Positions 1 through 9,180 of a stretch of DNA of 20,000 nucleotides are shown piece by piece; position 1 is the stretch's first letter; each line of letters begins with the position of its first letter. The notes under the pieces are model-generated. The model searched no databases. It was not told where the DNA came from and saw only the letters and a program-made list of their open reading frames with translations. Source of the DNA: an uncultured virus (IMG/VR IMGVR_UViG_3300042554_002206) (Duplodnaviria; Heunggongvirae; Uroviricota; Caudoviricetes); IMG/VR virus record IMGVR_UViG_3300042554_002206. One strand, given 5' to 3'. Position numbers and translations under genes: made by a program.

Positions 1-200
1 TGAGGCCTTACCCCTTCGTATTGAATGCTGGTAATCGGGATCATCTCCGACCAGTTCTGCTCCAGTAGCCAATCAACGACCGCAGGGGGCGGAAGGTGCG
101 GGTCGCGATTGTAACTGGCGTCGTCGCCTACGATTAGGTCACGAAACTCAACTTCAGGCAGTTCGGCTCCGGTGAGGTAGTCAACAGGGCGGGTGTCCAT
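1..200 (-). CDS. Hypothetical phage protein, 5' part only (runs off the left edge)
   Basis: ATG at 200, 26 nt downstream of the terL stop. Hand translation MDTRPVDYLTGAELPEVEFRDLIVGDD... stays open to position 1. Confidence 0.55.
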   Translation of the reverse strand, partial: MDTRPVDYLTGAELPEVEFRDLIVGDDASYNRDPHLPPPAVVDWLLEQNWSEMIPITSIQYEGVRP

Positions 201-226
201 GGGTGTGTCCTGTGTGGGTTGGGTGG

Positions 227-1669
227 TCATCGAAAGCCGGGGATAGGCGATCGCCTAGGCACCGGCTCCCGTGGTGGCGGGGCGGCGGCGCCATGGCCAT
301 AGGTGGCGGTGGTGATGCGCATGGGGCCACCAGGACCGTAGCCCAGCTCAGCGGCATAGAGTCGGTGAAGGGGATAGCCGACGGCATCATTGGGATGGTC
401 GTAGCCCGTCTTCTTGTCCGGTTCGCCTTGTTCGTTGTAGCCCTGGCGCTCTAGTGCCTCGATCAGCCGTGGGCAGTCTTCGGTGATATAGAACCGCGTC
501 TCGCCTTTGGCATTTAGCAGTAGAGCCTGCACCACGTTGACCCGATCGCGCACCGGGGGATTGGCGTCAGGTGCGTAGTTGATGAAGCCGTAGGACTTGA
601 GGATCCCAATGTCCGAGAGGCTGGCGTTGGTGCTGCGGTTGGCGCCGCTGGCATCGGGATAAGCCCAGATCGCACGTTCAGGGAACCGCTTGCAGATCTT
701 TCGGCACATGTCGTCAGTGTCATGGGCGCCCATGATCTCGGCGAAAGCATGAACAATCCGGCCACGCACTACCAGTAGGACGGCGGACATATTGCCCACG
801 TTGAAGTCAATGCCAACCAGGATCTGATCGGCGTCTCGCAGCCCATCGGGCAGGGGCTTGACGTGGTGATCACGACTGAACCGGTCGTACACCTGACCGG
901 TCTTCAGGTTGACGTAGATGCCATCCATGTAGGCCACAAGCATTGGCCCGGTGTAGCGGGTGCGCAGGTTGTCGAGATAGGCGTCGGGCAAGTGCGGGTT
1001 GTCCTGAGTGCGCATCCTGATCAGCCGCTTGCCAGGGTCGCCCTGGGCCTCGACGGTGCCAAACGTCTTGTAATGCCAGACAAATCCTTCGGGAGTTGAC
1101 AGGGAAACAATCTGGCTGACATGACCGACCCGGATCCGGCCAAGGATTTTTTCGTAGCCCCGTGCGGCGATGTACTCCTGCACGGTGTCAACCTCGTCAA
1201 TCAGCGCCCATGCCCAGTCAGGACCGACGATGCGTTTGTAGTTTTCAAAGCTTCGGGCAACTACAGGCGTATCACCTTCGGGCAGGTGGAGGACGTGCTC
1301 GGGAAGGGGTGTGGCGCGGAAGGTGTAGGGGATGCCGTAATGATCCAGGAAGTCGTCAAACTTCCTAATCCAGATGTCCCGCAACATCGGCCCAGTGGGC
1401 TCCAACACGCAGCCAATGAAGCCCTGGTTGAGCACGGCGAGCTGAAAGGCTTTAGCGCAAGCGCCAAGGGTTTTCCCTGCCCCGTAGCCAGCGGCCACGC
1501 CGATCTCACGGGTGGTGGTGTCATCGAACAGCTCAACCTGCCCACCATGGAGGTCGTCACGGATGCGGGCGAGGGTCGCGGGAATGTCTAGGCGGGTGTG
1601 TGCCGCTTCGGTGCGCTCCAGTTCCAGCACCGCAAGGCGTGCGGCGGCGGTGGGAGCGCGGACGATCAT
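227..1669 (-). CDS. terL: Terminase large subunit
   Basis: Walker A AGYGAGKT, Walker B WALIDE, coupling motif LSTPEG, and RNase H-like nuclease motifs VGIDFN and DHPNDA. Start placed at ATG 1669 (MIVRAP), which overlaps the upstream stop as ATGA. The longer ORF extension overlaps another gene. Confidence 0.93.
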   Translation of the reverse strand: MIVRAPTAAARLAVLELERTEAAHTRLDIPATLARIRDDLHGGQVELFDDTTTREIGVAAGYGAGKTLGACAKAFQLAVLNQGFIGCVLEPTGPMLRDIWIRKFDDFLDHYGIPYTFRATPLPEHVLHLPEGDTPVVARSFENYKRIVGPDWAWALIDEVDTVQEYIAARGYEKILGRIRVGHVSQIVSLSTPEGFVWHYKTFGTVEAQGDPGKRLIRMRTQDNPHLPDAYLDNLRTRYTGPMLVAYMDGIYVNLKTGQVYDRFSRDHHVKPLPDGLRDADQILVGIDFNVGNMSAVLLVVRGRIVHAFAEIMGAHDTDDMCRKICKRFPERAIWAYPDASGANRSTNASLSDIGILKSYGFINYAPDANPPVRDRVNVVQALLLNAKGETRFYITEDCPRLIEALERQGYNEQGEPDKKTGYDHPNDAVGYPLHRLYAAELGYGPGGPMRITTATYGHGAAAPPPREPVPRRSPIPGFR

Positions 1670-1959
1670 GTCACCGGCCCCACGCGATGCACAGCCCAGT
1701 AGGCGCCGGGCGCCAGTTGCGGCCCGCTCTGCAACCTGCAGTCCAGCAACTGGTGTTCCAGCAGTGCCGAGATGCGCCGAAGGACCGTGCCTTGATCGCA
1801 CGCCCACCGGGCCTGCAGTTCCAGTGATGTGATCTCCGGGATCAGCCCTGCCCGGATGCGCATACCCAGCCATTGCGACAGATCGAGGCAGTCGAGCAGG
1901 GTGATGGGTGGCACATAAGCGCGGCGTGCCAGCAGGGTGCGAACCAGGTCGGGGGTCAC
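1666..1959 (-). CDS. Small putative (winged) HTH protein
   Basis: GTG at 1959 overlaps the tmk stop (GTGA) and the stop overlaps the terL ATG. ITSLELQARWACDQGTVLRRISALLEHQLL resembles an HTH. Confidence 0.6.
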   Translation of the reverse strand: MTPDLVRTLLARRAYVPPITLLDCLDLSQWLGMRIRAGLIPEITSLELQARWACDQGTVLRRISALLEHQLLDCRLQSGPQLAPGAYWAVHRVGPVT

Positions 1960-2612
1960 GCCTGCCCCCCAAACTGGCGGAGCATGGCGCGGCAACAGGC
2001 CTCCGTCACAGCAGCCTCACCGTGCTCCGCCTTGATGAGGGTCCAGCTCTGCTGGCCAGCCACGGCGGCAAAGCCCCGTCTCACACGAGACAGGAATTCC
2101 CACCCTCCCGCCTCAATGCGGTCGGACGACTGCCCGCCACGGCGCCGGATCGACTCGGCCACGGACACATCCAGCCAGAGGGTGAGATCGGCCATCAGGC
2201 CGCCTGTGGCCAGAAACTCCAGTGCTCTAATCAGGCCCAAGTCCAAGCCCCTGCCATAGCCCTGATAGGCGGCGGTCGATCCGGTGAAGCGATCGCACAG
2301 CACCCAATCCCCAGCTTCAAGCGCTGGCCGCAGGACGGTTTCGACGTGCTGGGCCCGATCGGCGGCATACAGCAGCAGCTCTGCACGGGGCACCGGGGCC
2401 GCTTCCCCAGGAGGGTGCAGCAGCAGCTCCCGCAACGCCTGGCCCAGGGCGGTGCCCCCAGGCTCACGGCTCACAACCACGCGGGCGCCGGGGGGCATCA
2501 GGCCGCTGGTGGGTAGCCATTGGCGCAAGGCCTCCAGTTGCGTGGTCTTGCCACAGTTGTCGATCCCTTCGAGGACAATGAAGCGGCCACGGGCTGGGGT
2601 TGGGTTGGTCAT
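1956..2612 (-). CDS. tmk: Thymidylate kinase
   Basis: FIVLEGIDNCGKTT P-loop, REPGGT, LLYAADRAQH, VLCDRF..ST.AYQG and DLTLWLDV motifs. Confidence 0.95.
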   Translation of the reverse strand: MTNPTPARGRFIVLEGIDNCGKTTQLEALRQWLPTSGLMPPGARVVVSREPGGTALGQALRELLLHPPGEAAPVPRAELLLYAADRAQHVETVLRPALEAGDWVLCDRFTGSTAAYQGYGRGLDLGLIRALEFLATGGLMADLTLWLDVSVAESIRRRGGQSSDRIEAGGWEFLSRVRRGFAAVAGQQSWTLIKAEHGEAAVTEACCRAMLRQFGGQA

Positions 2613-3115
2613 GCCTCCCCCTCTCCCTCATGTGTCTCCAGTCCACGGGCATTGATCTGCAGCATCACCCGACGCTCATCCTCCGGCGTCAGGCCAGCAG
2701 CGGCGATGGCGTCAACCACGGCGGCGACGGTCTTGCGTTCGGTGCGACGTTCGGCGGCGGCATCGCTGAAGTCATCACGGAAGAATGGATGATGGGTCAG
2801 GAACCAGGTGGCAGCCGTGGTGCTGCCGTTGGAGGATTGTTCCTTAAGATTGGTAAGGTAGTTTTTGCCCGTATTTATCCATCCTTCATGGATGGTGTTA
2901 CGAAACTGTGCTCGCAAATCATCGTCCGGAAGGTCTTTCCCCTCTTTGATCCAGCAGTGGGCGGTCTTCCTGCTAATTCCAAGGCTTGCCGCGATCATCG
3001 TCACGGTCGCTCCTGTTTCCGCCATGGTTCCAGCCCCTTTGACCATGGCGGCTGTCAGCAAGGATGGGCGGCCACCGGCTGACACAGGCGATAACGCGGC
3101 GTTACGGTCGTGCAT
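2609..3115 (-). CDS. HTH protein, probable terminase small subunit
   Basis: N-terminal GRPSLLT followed by an HTH (IAASLGISRKTAHCWIKEG), a helical body with AATWFL, and a position upstream of terL. Confidence 0.6.
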   Translation of the reverse strand: MHDRNAALSPVSAGGRPSLLTAAMVKGAGTMAETGATVTMIAASLGISRKTAHCWIKEGKDLPDDDLRAQFRNTIHEGWINTGKNYLTNLKEQSSNGSTTAATWFLTHHPFFRDDFSDAAAERRTERKTVAAVVDAIAAAGLTPEDERRVMLQINARGLETHEGEGEA

Positions 3116-3152
3116 AGTCTAAGCCATTCCTGCGGTTTTGGAAGGGTATCGG

Positions 3153-3668
3153 TCAACCGCGCGATGCTCGGACGGTTTGATCCCCGTTGTAGCGGCCAGT
3201 TTCTGCGTAGCTTGCCAATGGCGTCGAATCCATCTTCATAAACTTCATCTGCCCGATCTTGAGCCCTGGGTAGATGCCAATCCAGTGAAGCTGGCGCACG
3301 TTCTTCAGTTCAAGGGTCAGGCGGGAACCGTTCCAGCCTGGATCGCACCATCCAGCAAACAGATGCTGCAATCCCTCACGGGCGCGGGATGACTTCAGCA
3401 CGAACTGCGCGGCGATGCAATTAGGCAGGTTGAAAATGGGTTCAGCTTCGGCCAGCAGGAATTGCCCTGGCACCACGCGATAGGGATTTGCTGGGGTGTG
3501 GTTGGCAATGCAGTAAGGCACAAGGCCTGGTCCTTCGCTGGACTCGATCAGGATGTTCGATCCCAGCCGAAGGTCCAGACTTGCGGGATTTAGAAGTTCG
3601 GGGTCAAAGGGTACGACCATGCCCGATTCGCAAAGGGCACGGATTTGGAAGTCAGCCAGGACAGTCAT
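3153..3668 (-). CDS. dcd: dCTP deaminase (trimeric dUTPase superfamily)
   Basis: LNPASLDLRLG, KSSRAREGL, DPGWNGSRLTLE and IGQMKF motifs. Start at ATG 3668 (MTVLAD) overlaps the upstream stop. Confidence 0.92.
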   Translation of the reverse strand: MTVLADFQIRALCESGMVVPFDPELLNPASLDLRLGSNILIESSEGPGLVPYCIANHTPANPYRVVPGQFLLAEAEPIFNLPNCIAAQFVLKSSRAREGLQHLFAGWCDPGWNGSRLTLELKNVRQLHWIGIYPGLKIGQMKFMKMDSTPLASYAETGRYNGDQTVRASRG

Positions 3669-3838
3669 TTGGTGATGGGTTCGTAGATAGCGCGGGCTTG
3701 GTGCTGGGCGATCTGGCGGAGGTCCGTCCAGTAGGGCGCTTCGTGATTGGGGGGCAGGATCAACGCCTCGGGAATGCCTGCGGTGTTGCGCACCTTGAGG
3801 ATGCGCAGGCCCCAGCCGGGTCGCTTGGGTGTGGTCAC
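3665..3838 (-). CDS. Hypothetical protein (57 aa)
   Basis: GTG start overlaps the upstream stop (GTGA), GGAGG lies 5 nt upstream, and the stop overlaps the dcd ATG. Confidence 0.6.
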   Translation of the reverse strand: MTTPKRPGWGLRILKVRNTAGIPEALILPPNHEAPYWTDLRQIAQHQARAIYEPITK

Positions 3839-4074
3839 AGCTGCCTCCACGGTGGGTCACGTAGGAAAGCGTCAAGGTTTGCCGCTGCGCGTGTTTTTTT
3901 CATTGCTTCCCCAAAATCCCGCATCGACTGCTCGGCTTGCTTGACTGCCGGAGTCAATGCTTTGGCCATAGCAGCGCCGTTGGATAGAACCTGGGATGTG
4001 AGCCCGCAAAGTCGTGCGTGGTCAAAGTCGGCGAGGTTGGCCATTTTCGTGGCGCCAGGAAATTGATCGGTCAT
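3835..4074 (-). CDS. Hypothetical protein
   Basis: Lies within ORF 3835..4245. Start at ATG 4074 (MTDQFPG) or alternatively 4119. The stop is coupled to the next gene. Confidence 0.5.
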   Translation of the reverse strand: MTDQFPGATKMANLADFDHARLCGLTSQVLSNGAAMAKALTPAVKQAEQSMRDFGEAMKKTRAAANLDAFLRDPPWRQL

Positions 4075-4108
4075 GGTTCTAGCTTGTAGCGCCAGGGGTT
4101 TTCTGCTG

Positions 4109-4354
4109 TCAAAGTTCATCAGTCGGGCTGACACGCCACCAAGCATTTGTGATGTTCTGCCCAGTGTCACGCACGCCACGCCATTGGGTGTTCTTGGGAT
4201 TGGCCACACTGCGCAGCCTGGCAAGCCCGGATTCAATCTTGTCAACCTTCCATTCTTTCAGGCGCGGTGATCGCCAAACGTCGCCAAGGCGGAAACGGTC
4301 GGCAGGGGGTGGGGTTTCGGTTGTGGGGTTCATTAGCCAGTCAGGGGTCAGCAT
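4109..4354 (-). CDS. Hypothetical protein
   Basis: Fills the operon and overlaps the upstream stop. Alternative start at 4333. Confidence 0.55.
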   Translation of the reverse strand: MLTPDWLMNPTTETPPPADRFRLGDVWRSPRLKEWKVDKIESGLARLRSVANPKNTQWRGVRDTGQNITNAWWRVSPTDEL

Positions 4355-4731
4355 GGTTCAATCCTCAGCTCACATTCAAACGCGACGATCCCAGGTGGCT
4401 CGACCACCCCATCAGCGGGGTCTGGCCTAATGCGGCGCAGGCAGTCAGCGCAGCCATAGGCCCAGTCGAATTGCCCATCTTCGCTAATGCCGGCACCAGG
4501 ACAGCCGAGCACTTCCCAGCCGTGGGCCTTAATGCTCGGATCTGCGGGAGGGTGTCTCCAGAAACGGATCCGACCAGCCTGGCGCATGGCCTGCTTCCTG
4601 GAATTGATGCGGCGCCATTTGCCTCCAGCGGCGGCCACCAGATCGCTGTCATTTGTCGGGTGCCCGTCGCGTTCCCGCAGTGACTTCCAAATCAGCCAGT
4701 CCAGCTCATCGTTACCCACGCGATCAGACAT
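4348..4731 (-). CDS. Hypothetical protein with Cys motifs
   Basis: ATG 4731 (MSDRVG) is preceded by GGAGG and overlaps the upstream stop. Contains CADC. Confidence 0.6.
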   Translation of the reverse strand: MSDRVGNDELDWLIWKSLRERDGHPTNDSDLVAAAGGKWRRINSRKQAMRQAGRIRFWRHPPADPSIKAHGWEVLGCPGAGISEDGQFDWAYGCADCLRRIRPDPADGVVEPPGIVAFECELRIEPC

Positions 4732-5104
4732 CGTGCCTCCGCAGCTCACGGCCAACTGCATGCGCGACAGCCTCCTGCCCTGGGTCAATCGGTGGCCACA
4801 TTCGCGGGTCCTGCCTGCGCTCCAGGGCTCTCCATCCATCTTGGATGGACGGCTTGGTGTCGTGCTGGTAACATGCGACCGCATCAAGCCAGTCGGCAAC
4901 TTGAACACATGCCGCTGCTATGGCACGCAAGAAATTGCTGTCCCAGTAGGTTTTTATGACATGCCCACATTCGGCGTCGTATGTATAGCCTTTAACCATT
5001 TTTTTGACAGGATCCAAAATCGGCTGAAATTCGCCAAGATCTTTCATCATGTCAAGAGTGTCTTGGCTTAGTTCATCCCATTCGGGCGGTTTAGGGTTTG
5101 ACAT
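4724..5104 (-). CDS. Hypothetical protein
   Basis: 126-aa ORF in the operon orientation, coupled to the next gene. Confidence 0.6.
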   Translation of the reverse strand: MSNPKPPEWDELSQDTLDMMKDLGEFQPILDPVKKMVKGYTYDAECGHVIKTYWDSNFLRAIAAACVQVADWLDAVACYQHDTKPSIQDGWRALERRQDPRMWPPIDPGQEAVAHAVGRELRRHDV

Positions 5105-5187
5105 TGGGGTGGCAATTGTGTGTGGGGTTCGATTGAGCCATTGATACGGGCCACACCGCCAGGGCGATGCGGTCGGAGAGGGTGGAG

Positions 5188-5433
5188 TCAGCCATTGACC
5201 CCCTCCAGTTCGGTGGCGATGGTGTGCAGCACTCCGGCTTGATGATGCCGCTCTGCCCCTCGAATCACGTCTTCCACGGTGTCTGTTAGGTCGTCGGTTT
5301 TGATCATTTGCGCTGCAGCGGCGCGGAGAGCCGCGGCGGCAATAGAACTTGGGTCGTCTTTTGTCACCCAGGCATTGTGGGCGGCTTCATAAACCGCCTG
5401 CGCGACGTCGGTTCGCGCCTTGGGGGTGCTCAT
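5188..5433 (-). CDS. Hypothetical protein
   Basis: ATGA overlap with the PolX-like gene; 81 aa. Confidence 0.6.
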   Translation of the reverse strand: MSTPKARTDVAQAVYEAAHNAWVTKDDPSSIAAAALRAAAAQMIKTDDLTDTVEDVIRGAERHHQAGVLHTIATELEGVNG

Positions 5434-5954
5434 GGCCCAACTTCTCGGTCCACCGGCTCAACCCAACGCAGTCCGATGGTGTCGAACAGTTCCCGCTCGG
5501 TGCGACAGGAAATGACCGACTCATCTTTGCGCCGCAGCAGGCCTTTATCGGAATGGAAGCCGGCTCGCTTCCACCTGGTAGCTAAAACCTTATGCGCCCA
5601 GTCAGCTGACCCAGTTCGGATGGCCATGACGAGGCCGTAACCGTCCGGGTGAGGCATGAACAGATCAAGCTTCAGCCCGCAGGGGAGCATCCGTTGGGTG
5701 TACCGACCGTCTGGCTTGCCCACGACGCCGGGCCACTGCTCCACAGCCGCAGCAAAGCCACCGGCAAACAGCGGCGTCGATTCGAGGGGGTCGCGGTCGG
5801 GTAGGCAGACAATCTCAAGATCGCCAATCGTTGGGCTCTGCCGACGGACGCTGCCGGCAATGTCAATCTTCAGGCAATGCGGGCTCAGGATGGCCATCAC
5901 GTTGGATGCAATATCCAAGGCCTCTACCAGGGGGATGCGGGGGCCGGTGCTCAT
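5430..5954 (-). CDS. Minimal family X DNA polymerase-like protein (palm and thumb only)
   Basis: IAGSVRR, GDLEIV, LDLF, IRTGSADW and TERELFDTIGLRWVEPVDRE follow the PolX palm and thumb motifs. Confidence 0.85.
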   Translation of the reverse strand: MSTGPRIPLVEALDIASNVMAILSPHCLKIDIAGSVRRQSPTIGDLEIVCLPDRDPLESTPLFAGGFAAAVEQWPGVVGKPDGRYTQRMLPCGLKLDLFMPHPDGYGLVMAIRTGSADWAHKVLATRWKRAGFHSDKGLLRRKDESVISCRTERELFDTIGLRWVEPVDREVGP

Positions 5955-6217
5955 AGCTTCACCCCCGCCCCAGCCACCGGCACGGGATTGGCCTTCAGCC
6001 AGGCCATAGCAATGGCGTGTGTCTGGCTATCGGGCATGGGGCGCCACAGCCCCTCAACCCATCTACGGCCATTCCATGCGGCGTGTCGTTCCTTGGCGCG
6101 ACCGCCAAGGGTTGAGAATGCGAACCTGAGGGCCCATCGGCCTAGCGCGGGTCTGGCGGTGAGGATTAGGTGCCAGTCGTCGTCGGTGAGGCCGTCGTAG
6201 GCGGTTTGGGTGGTCAT
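5951..6217 (-). CDS. Hypothetical protein
   Basis: ATGA overlaps at both ends and a GGAG RBS upstream. Confidence 0.6.
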   Translation of the reverse strand: MTTQTAYDGLTDDDWHLILTARPALGRWALRFAFSTLGGRAKERHAAWNGRRWVEGLWRPMPDSQTHAIAMAWLKANPVPVAGAGVKL

Positions 6218-7239
6218 GGCTTTTCTCCTTGAGTCATGGCATCATCCGCTGCAAAAGCAACGCTATCTTCAATGCTTGCCAAGGCGATATCATCAAGCAA
6301 ATCGCCTTGATCGGGTTTTCTGGTATCTTCTACGGCAATTTCCATATTTTTAATAGCTTGGTTAAAATAAGGTTTCTTTAGCTCGATACCAATACCACGG
6401 CGACCTAGCGACACAGCCCCATACACTTCGCTGCCAACTCCCATAAATGGAGTAAGCACTGTCTCTCCAATGTTCGACCTTAAACAAATAGCGCGGTCAA
6501 TTACATCTAGCTGCAGCGGGTGGACGTGTTTTTCGTCATCGGGGTCCTTGGCGTCACGAAAGGGTAGCACTCGTCCCATGTTGATATCATCCCAAACAGA
6601 AGACGCATAGCGCCGCCAGATCCAGTGACTGAAGCGGTTTTCGGTTTGCTTCCCTTTCCACCCTTTGTAGCGGTGCAGATGTTGCGGGATCGGACACTCC
6701 CCGGCGTAGTGGTCCAGTCCCGTGGGGTTTGCTATCGGTATATGATTCTCACCACTGCGGCGGAAAATTAGCAAGTAGTCAGCAGATGCCACGCCTGCAA
6801 AAGCAGCGTCGTCAACAATCGTTTTGTGGGCAAGGTTCTTTACCATAGTGCGATTTCGCACCCATAGTGGCTCCTTCCATATGGTGTGGCGAGCGACATA
6901 GTGCCATCCTTCCTTTTCATGCAACGCGATGATTTTTCCAGGCAGATCCATCAAGGCATCCTGGCCACTGTTGCCGGTCGGGATATCAGTGCAATGAACA
7001 GCGGTCAACCGACCCGGCAGGGTTAGCCGGTGTAGCTCGGAAACCACAAAGCCATAATGAACAAAGAACTGATCATAGTCAGTGCAGTTACTTATGTCTC
7101 GCTCGTTGGAGCTGTAAACGTAAAGGCCGGCAAACGGTGGCGAGTAGATCGAGAAATGGACGGATTCGCTAGGGAGTCCGCGCATGACTTCGACACAGTC
7201 TCCATTGTAGATGGCGTAACGATCGGTGATGACATCCAT
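6214..7239 (-). CDS. DNA methyltransferase, N4-C/N6-A family, beta-class motif order
   Basis: NGDCVEVM, catalytic YSPPF near the N-terminus, HVHPLQLDVI, and SAM-binding TVLTPFMGVGS...GIGIELK near the C-terminus. Confidence 0.92.
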   Translation of the reverse strand: MDVITDRYAIYNGDCVEVMRGLPSESVHFSIYSPPFAGLYVYSSNERDISNCTDYDQFFVHYGFVVSELHRLTLPGRLTAVHCTDIPTGNSGQDALMDLPGKIIALHEKEGWHYVARHTIWKEPLWVRNRTMVKNLAHKTIVDDAAFAGVASADYLLIFRRSGENHIPIANPTGLDHYAGECPIPQHLHRYKGWKGKQTENRFSHWIWRRYASSVWDDINMGRVLPFRDAKDPDDEKHVHPLQLDVIDRAICLRSNIGETVLTPFMGVGSEVYGAVSLGRRGIGIELKKPYFNQAIKNMEIAVEDTRKPDQGDLLDDIALASIEDSVAFAADDAMTQGEKP

Positions 7240-8624
7240 GATGGAATAATGATGGGTTGGGTTCGGTAGGCGGCCTTTTCAATGGCCAGTGAATTGTTCA
7301 TCTCGGAAACCAGGCTGGCAAACATTTTTTCAGCTTGGCCGCGCTTTCGTTGCAGGTTTTCCATGATTCGACGTTCGCCCTCGGTAAGGATGATGTCAAC
7401 GGTCACGGGATTCTTCTGTCCAAACCGCCAGCAGCGTCGGACAGCTTGATAATACTGCTCAAAGCTGTGAGACGGGAAGTAAGTGATGTGGCTGCACTGC
7501 TGGAAGTTCAGGCCCCATGCACCGATTTTCGGTTTTGTGATCAGCACCCTGGATCGGCCCTCGGCGAAGTCGATCAACCGGGCTTCTTTCACGTCGTCAC
7601 GGTCGGAGCCTGATACCTGAACAGCATCGGGAATCAACTGCTGCAGCAGGTTACCCTCTTCGTTGAGGTGGCACCACACCAGCGCCGGCTGACCGGTATT
7701 GCTAACCATGGCAGCCACTTGCTCGCATCGTTCCCGAACGGTGCGCTTTTTCTCGGCTCGCTGCTCCCGAAGGTCGGTGGCAGGCATGGCGAACAACATC
7801 CCTTCAGGGACGGTGATGGTCTCGATCAGGTGGTCAACCTCGTTCAGCGGCGGCAAAATGAACCGACCATCATCAAAGCCAAGATCTGAAGGTTGACGGC
7901 AGGCCCTTGCCCAACTGGTGACCCATCTCCAAAAGGGTTGCTCGGCATGGCCCTTAAATCGCCACTTAGGGGCCTCTCCGTACAGACGCCGGCTAGTGCA
8001 GTTGTTCTGGTCGTTCTTGAAGAACCGAGCGAGCATGTCCATGTATCCCATGTAGCCAAGGGCTTCACTGCTGGTACCCAGCTCAATGAAGTCATTTGGC
8101 GCGGCAGTGGCGGTGGCCAACAGCCGATAGGGAACCTTGCGCATGAACTCGGTGATCTGCCCACGGCGAGCACCATCAAAACTCTTGAGGATGCTGGACT
8201 CATCGCAAACCACTCCGGCAAAGTCGGCAGGGTTAAAGTGTTCCAGTCGTTCGTAGTTGGTGACAACAATCCGGCTGTTAATTGCGCCATCAGAAGACCG
8301 GGCGCATTCGATGCCGAACTTTTCACCCTCGCGGATGGTTTGAGCCGCTACGGCCAGAGGGGTCAGGATTAGCACCGGCAGTTCGGTGTAACGGACCACA
8401 TTTTCAGCCCAGGTAAGTTGCATGGCAGTTTTTCCCAGTCCGCAGTCAGCAAAGATAGCCGCCCTGCCCTTAAGGATTGCCCAAGTTACGAGACTTTGCT
8501 GAAAATCAAAAAGCTCAGAAGGTATCCACAATGGCTCAAAACCATGACTAGCGCCGCTGTGAGTTTTTTTGTCCAAGAAACTCGCATAATCATCAACTGG
8601 ATCGTTCTTCAAAGAATGTTTCAT
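7092..8624 (-). CDS. SF2 (SNF2-like) helicase
   Basis: DCGLGKT (motif I), VVCDESS (II), TATAAPN (III), GAWGLNFQ (V) and QAVRRCWRFGQ (VI). Confidence 0.9.
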   Translation of the reverse strand: MKHSLKNDPVDDYASFLDKKTHSGASHGFEPLWIPSELFDFQQSLVTWAILKGRAAIFADCGLGKTAMQLTWAENVVRYTELPVLILTPLAVAAQTIREGEKFGIECARSSDGAINSRIVVTNYERLEHFNPADFAGVVCDESSILKSFDGARRGQITEFMRKVPYRLLATATAAPNDFIELGTSSEALGYMGYMDMLARFFKNDQNNCTSRRLYGEAPKWRFKGHAEQPFWRWVTSWARACRQPSDLGFDDGRFILPPLNEVDHLIETITVPEGMLFAMPATDLREQRAEKKRTVRERCEQVAAMVSNTGQPALVWCHLNEEGNLLQQLIPDAVQVSGSDRDDVKEARLIDFAEGRSRVLITKPKIGAWGLNFQQCSHITYFPSHSFEQYYQAVRRCWRFGQKNPVTVDIILTEGERRIMENLQRKRGQAEKMFASLVSEMNNSLAIEKAAYRTQPIIIPSWMSSPIVTPSTMETVSKSCADSLANPSISRSTRHRLPAFTFTAPTSET

Positions 8625-8800
8625 GTCTTCCCCTGGATTGGCAGGATCCGCACCTCGAACCCCTCGCCCAACAGGGTCTCGGCCTTGACAAAAGCATCGG
8701 TGATACTGTCAAACACTTCGGAGCCAACGAGAGCGCGGCGGCCGGGACCTGGCGTGCGCTTGAGGTACCAGCCGAGCTGGTAGATGGTGTGGTCGGTCAT
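8621..8800 (-). CDS. Hypothetical protein (59 aa, absent from the ORF track)
   Basis: Hand translation MTDHTIYQLGWYLKRTPGPGRR...FEVRILPIQGKT*. ATGA overlaps with both neighbours. Confidence 0.65.
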   Translation of the reverse strand: MTDHTIYQLGWYLKRTPGPGRRALVGSEVFDSITDAFVKAETLLGEGFEVRILPIQGKT

Positions 8801-9180
8801 GCAAGAGGGTCCTCGAATTGGTCGAATTGGTCGTAGGTGGTTGGGGGGGCTTCCTGCTGGTCGCTGGCGGGAAGCGGCGGGGTATCGCCGTGGGGCGGGG
8901 GGCCGGTCATGGCCATAAGGTCGGCAAGAGCCTGTATTTCTTGCAGGGTTGGCGGCGCCAAGTCAACTTCAGTAGGCGATGCCCATTCCCCGCACCAATC
9001 GGCGCTAGAGACAGAAGGCCAGTAAGCCCAATAGTCGCCGACGGTATCTCTTGGGCCCGTGCCGTAGCAAGATTCAGCCTTAGGTGCGTAGCGGTTGCAG
9101 GTGAGCCGATGTTCGACTTGATTTACCACGCTGTAGCGGCAGTTTCCGCAGCACGGCTCCATGTTGCTGGCTTCAGTCAT
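8797..9180 (-). CDS. Small Cys-rich, putative metal-binding phage protein
   Basis: CCGNCRY...TCNRYAP...WPSVSSADWCGEW pattern; coupled to its neighbours. Confidence 0.65.
   Translation of the reverse strand: MTEASNMEPCCGNCRYSVVNQVEHRLTCNRYAPKAESCYGTGPRDTVGDYWAYWPSVSSADWCGEWASPTEVDLAPPTLQEIQALADLMAMTGPPPHGDTPPLPASDQQEAPPTTYDQFDQFEDPLA

Noticed and set aside
1670..1972. N-terminal 101-aa extension of terL in the ORF track
   Set aside because: It overlaps the coupled 1666..1959 gene and has no terminase features. ATG 1669 fits translational coupling.
7395..7415. Possible self-target of array unit AA AA CC GA AC CA GA in the helicase gene (AAg AAt CCc GTg ACc GTt GAc)
   Set aside because: Only 11 of 14 bases match. 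Matches of this quality are expected by chance across ~15 units and both strands of 20 kb.
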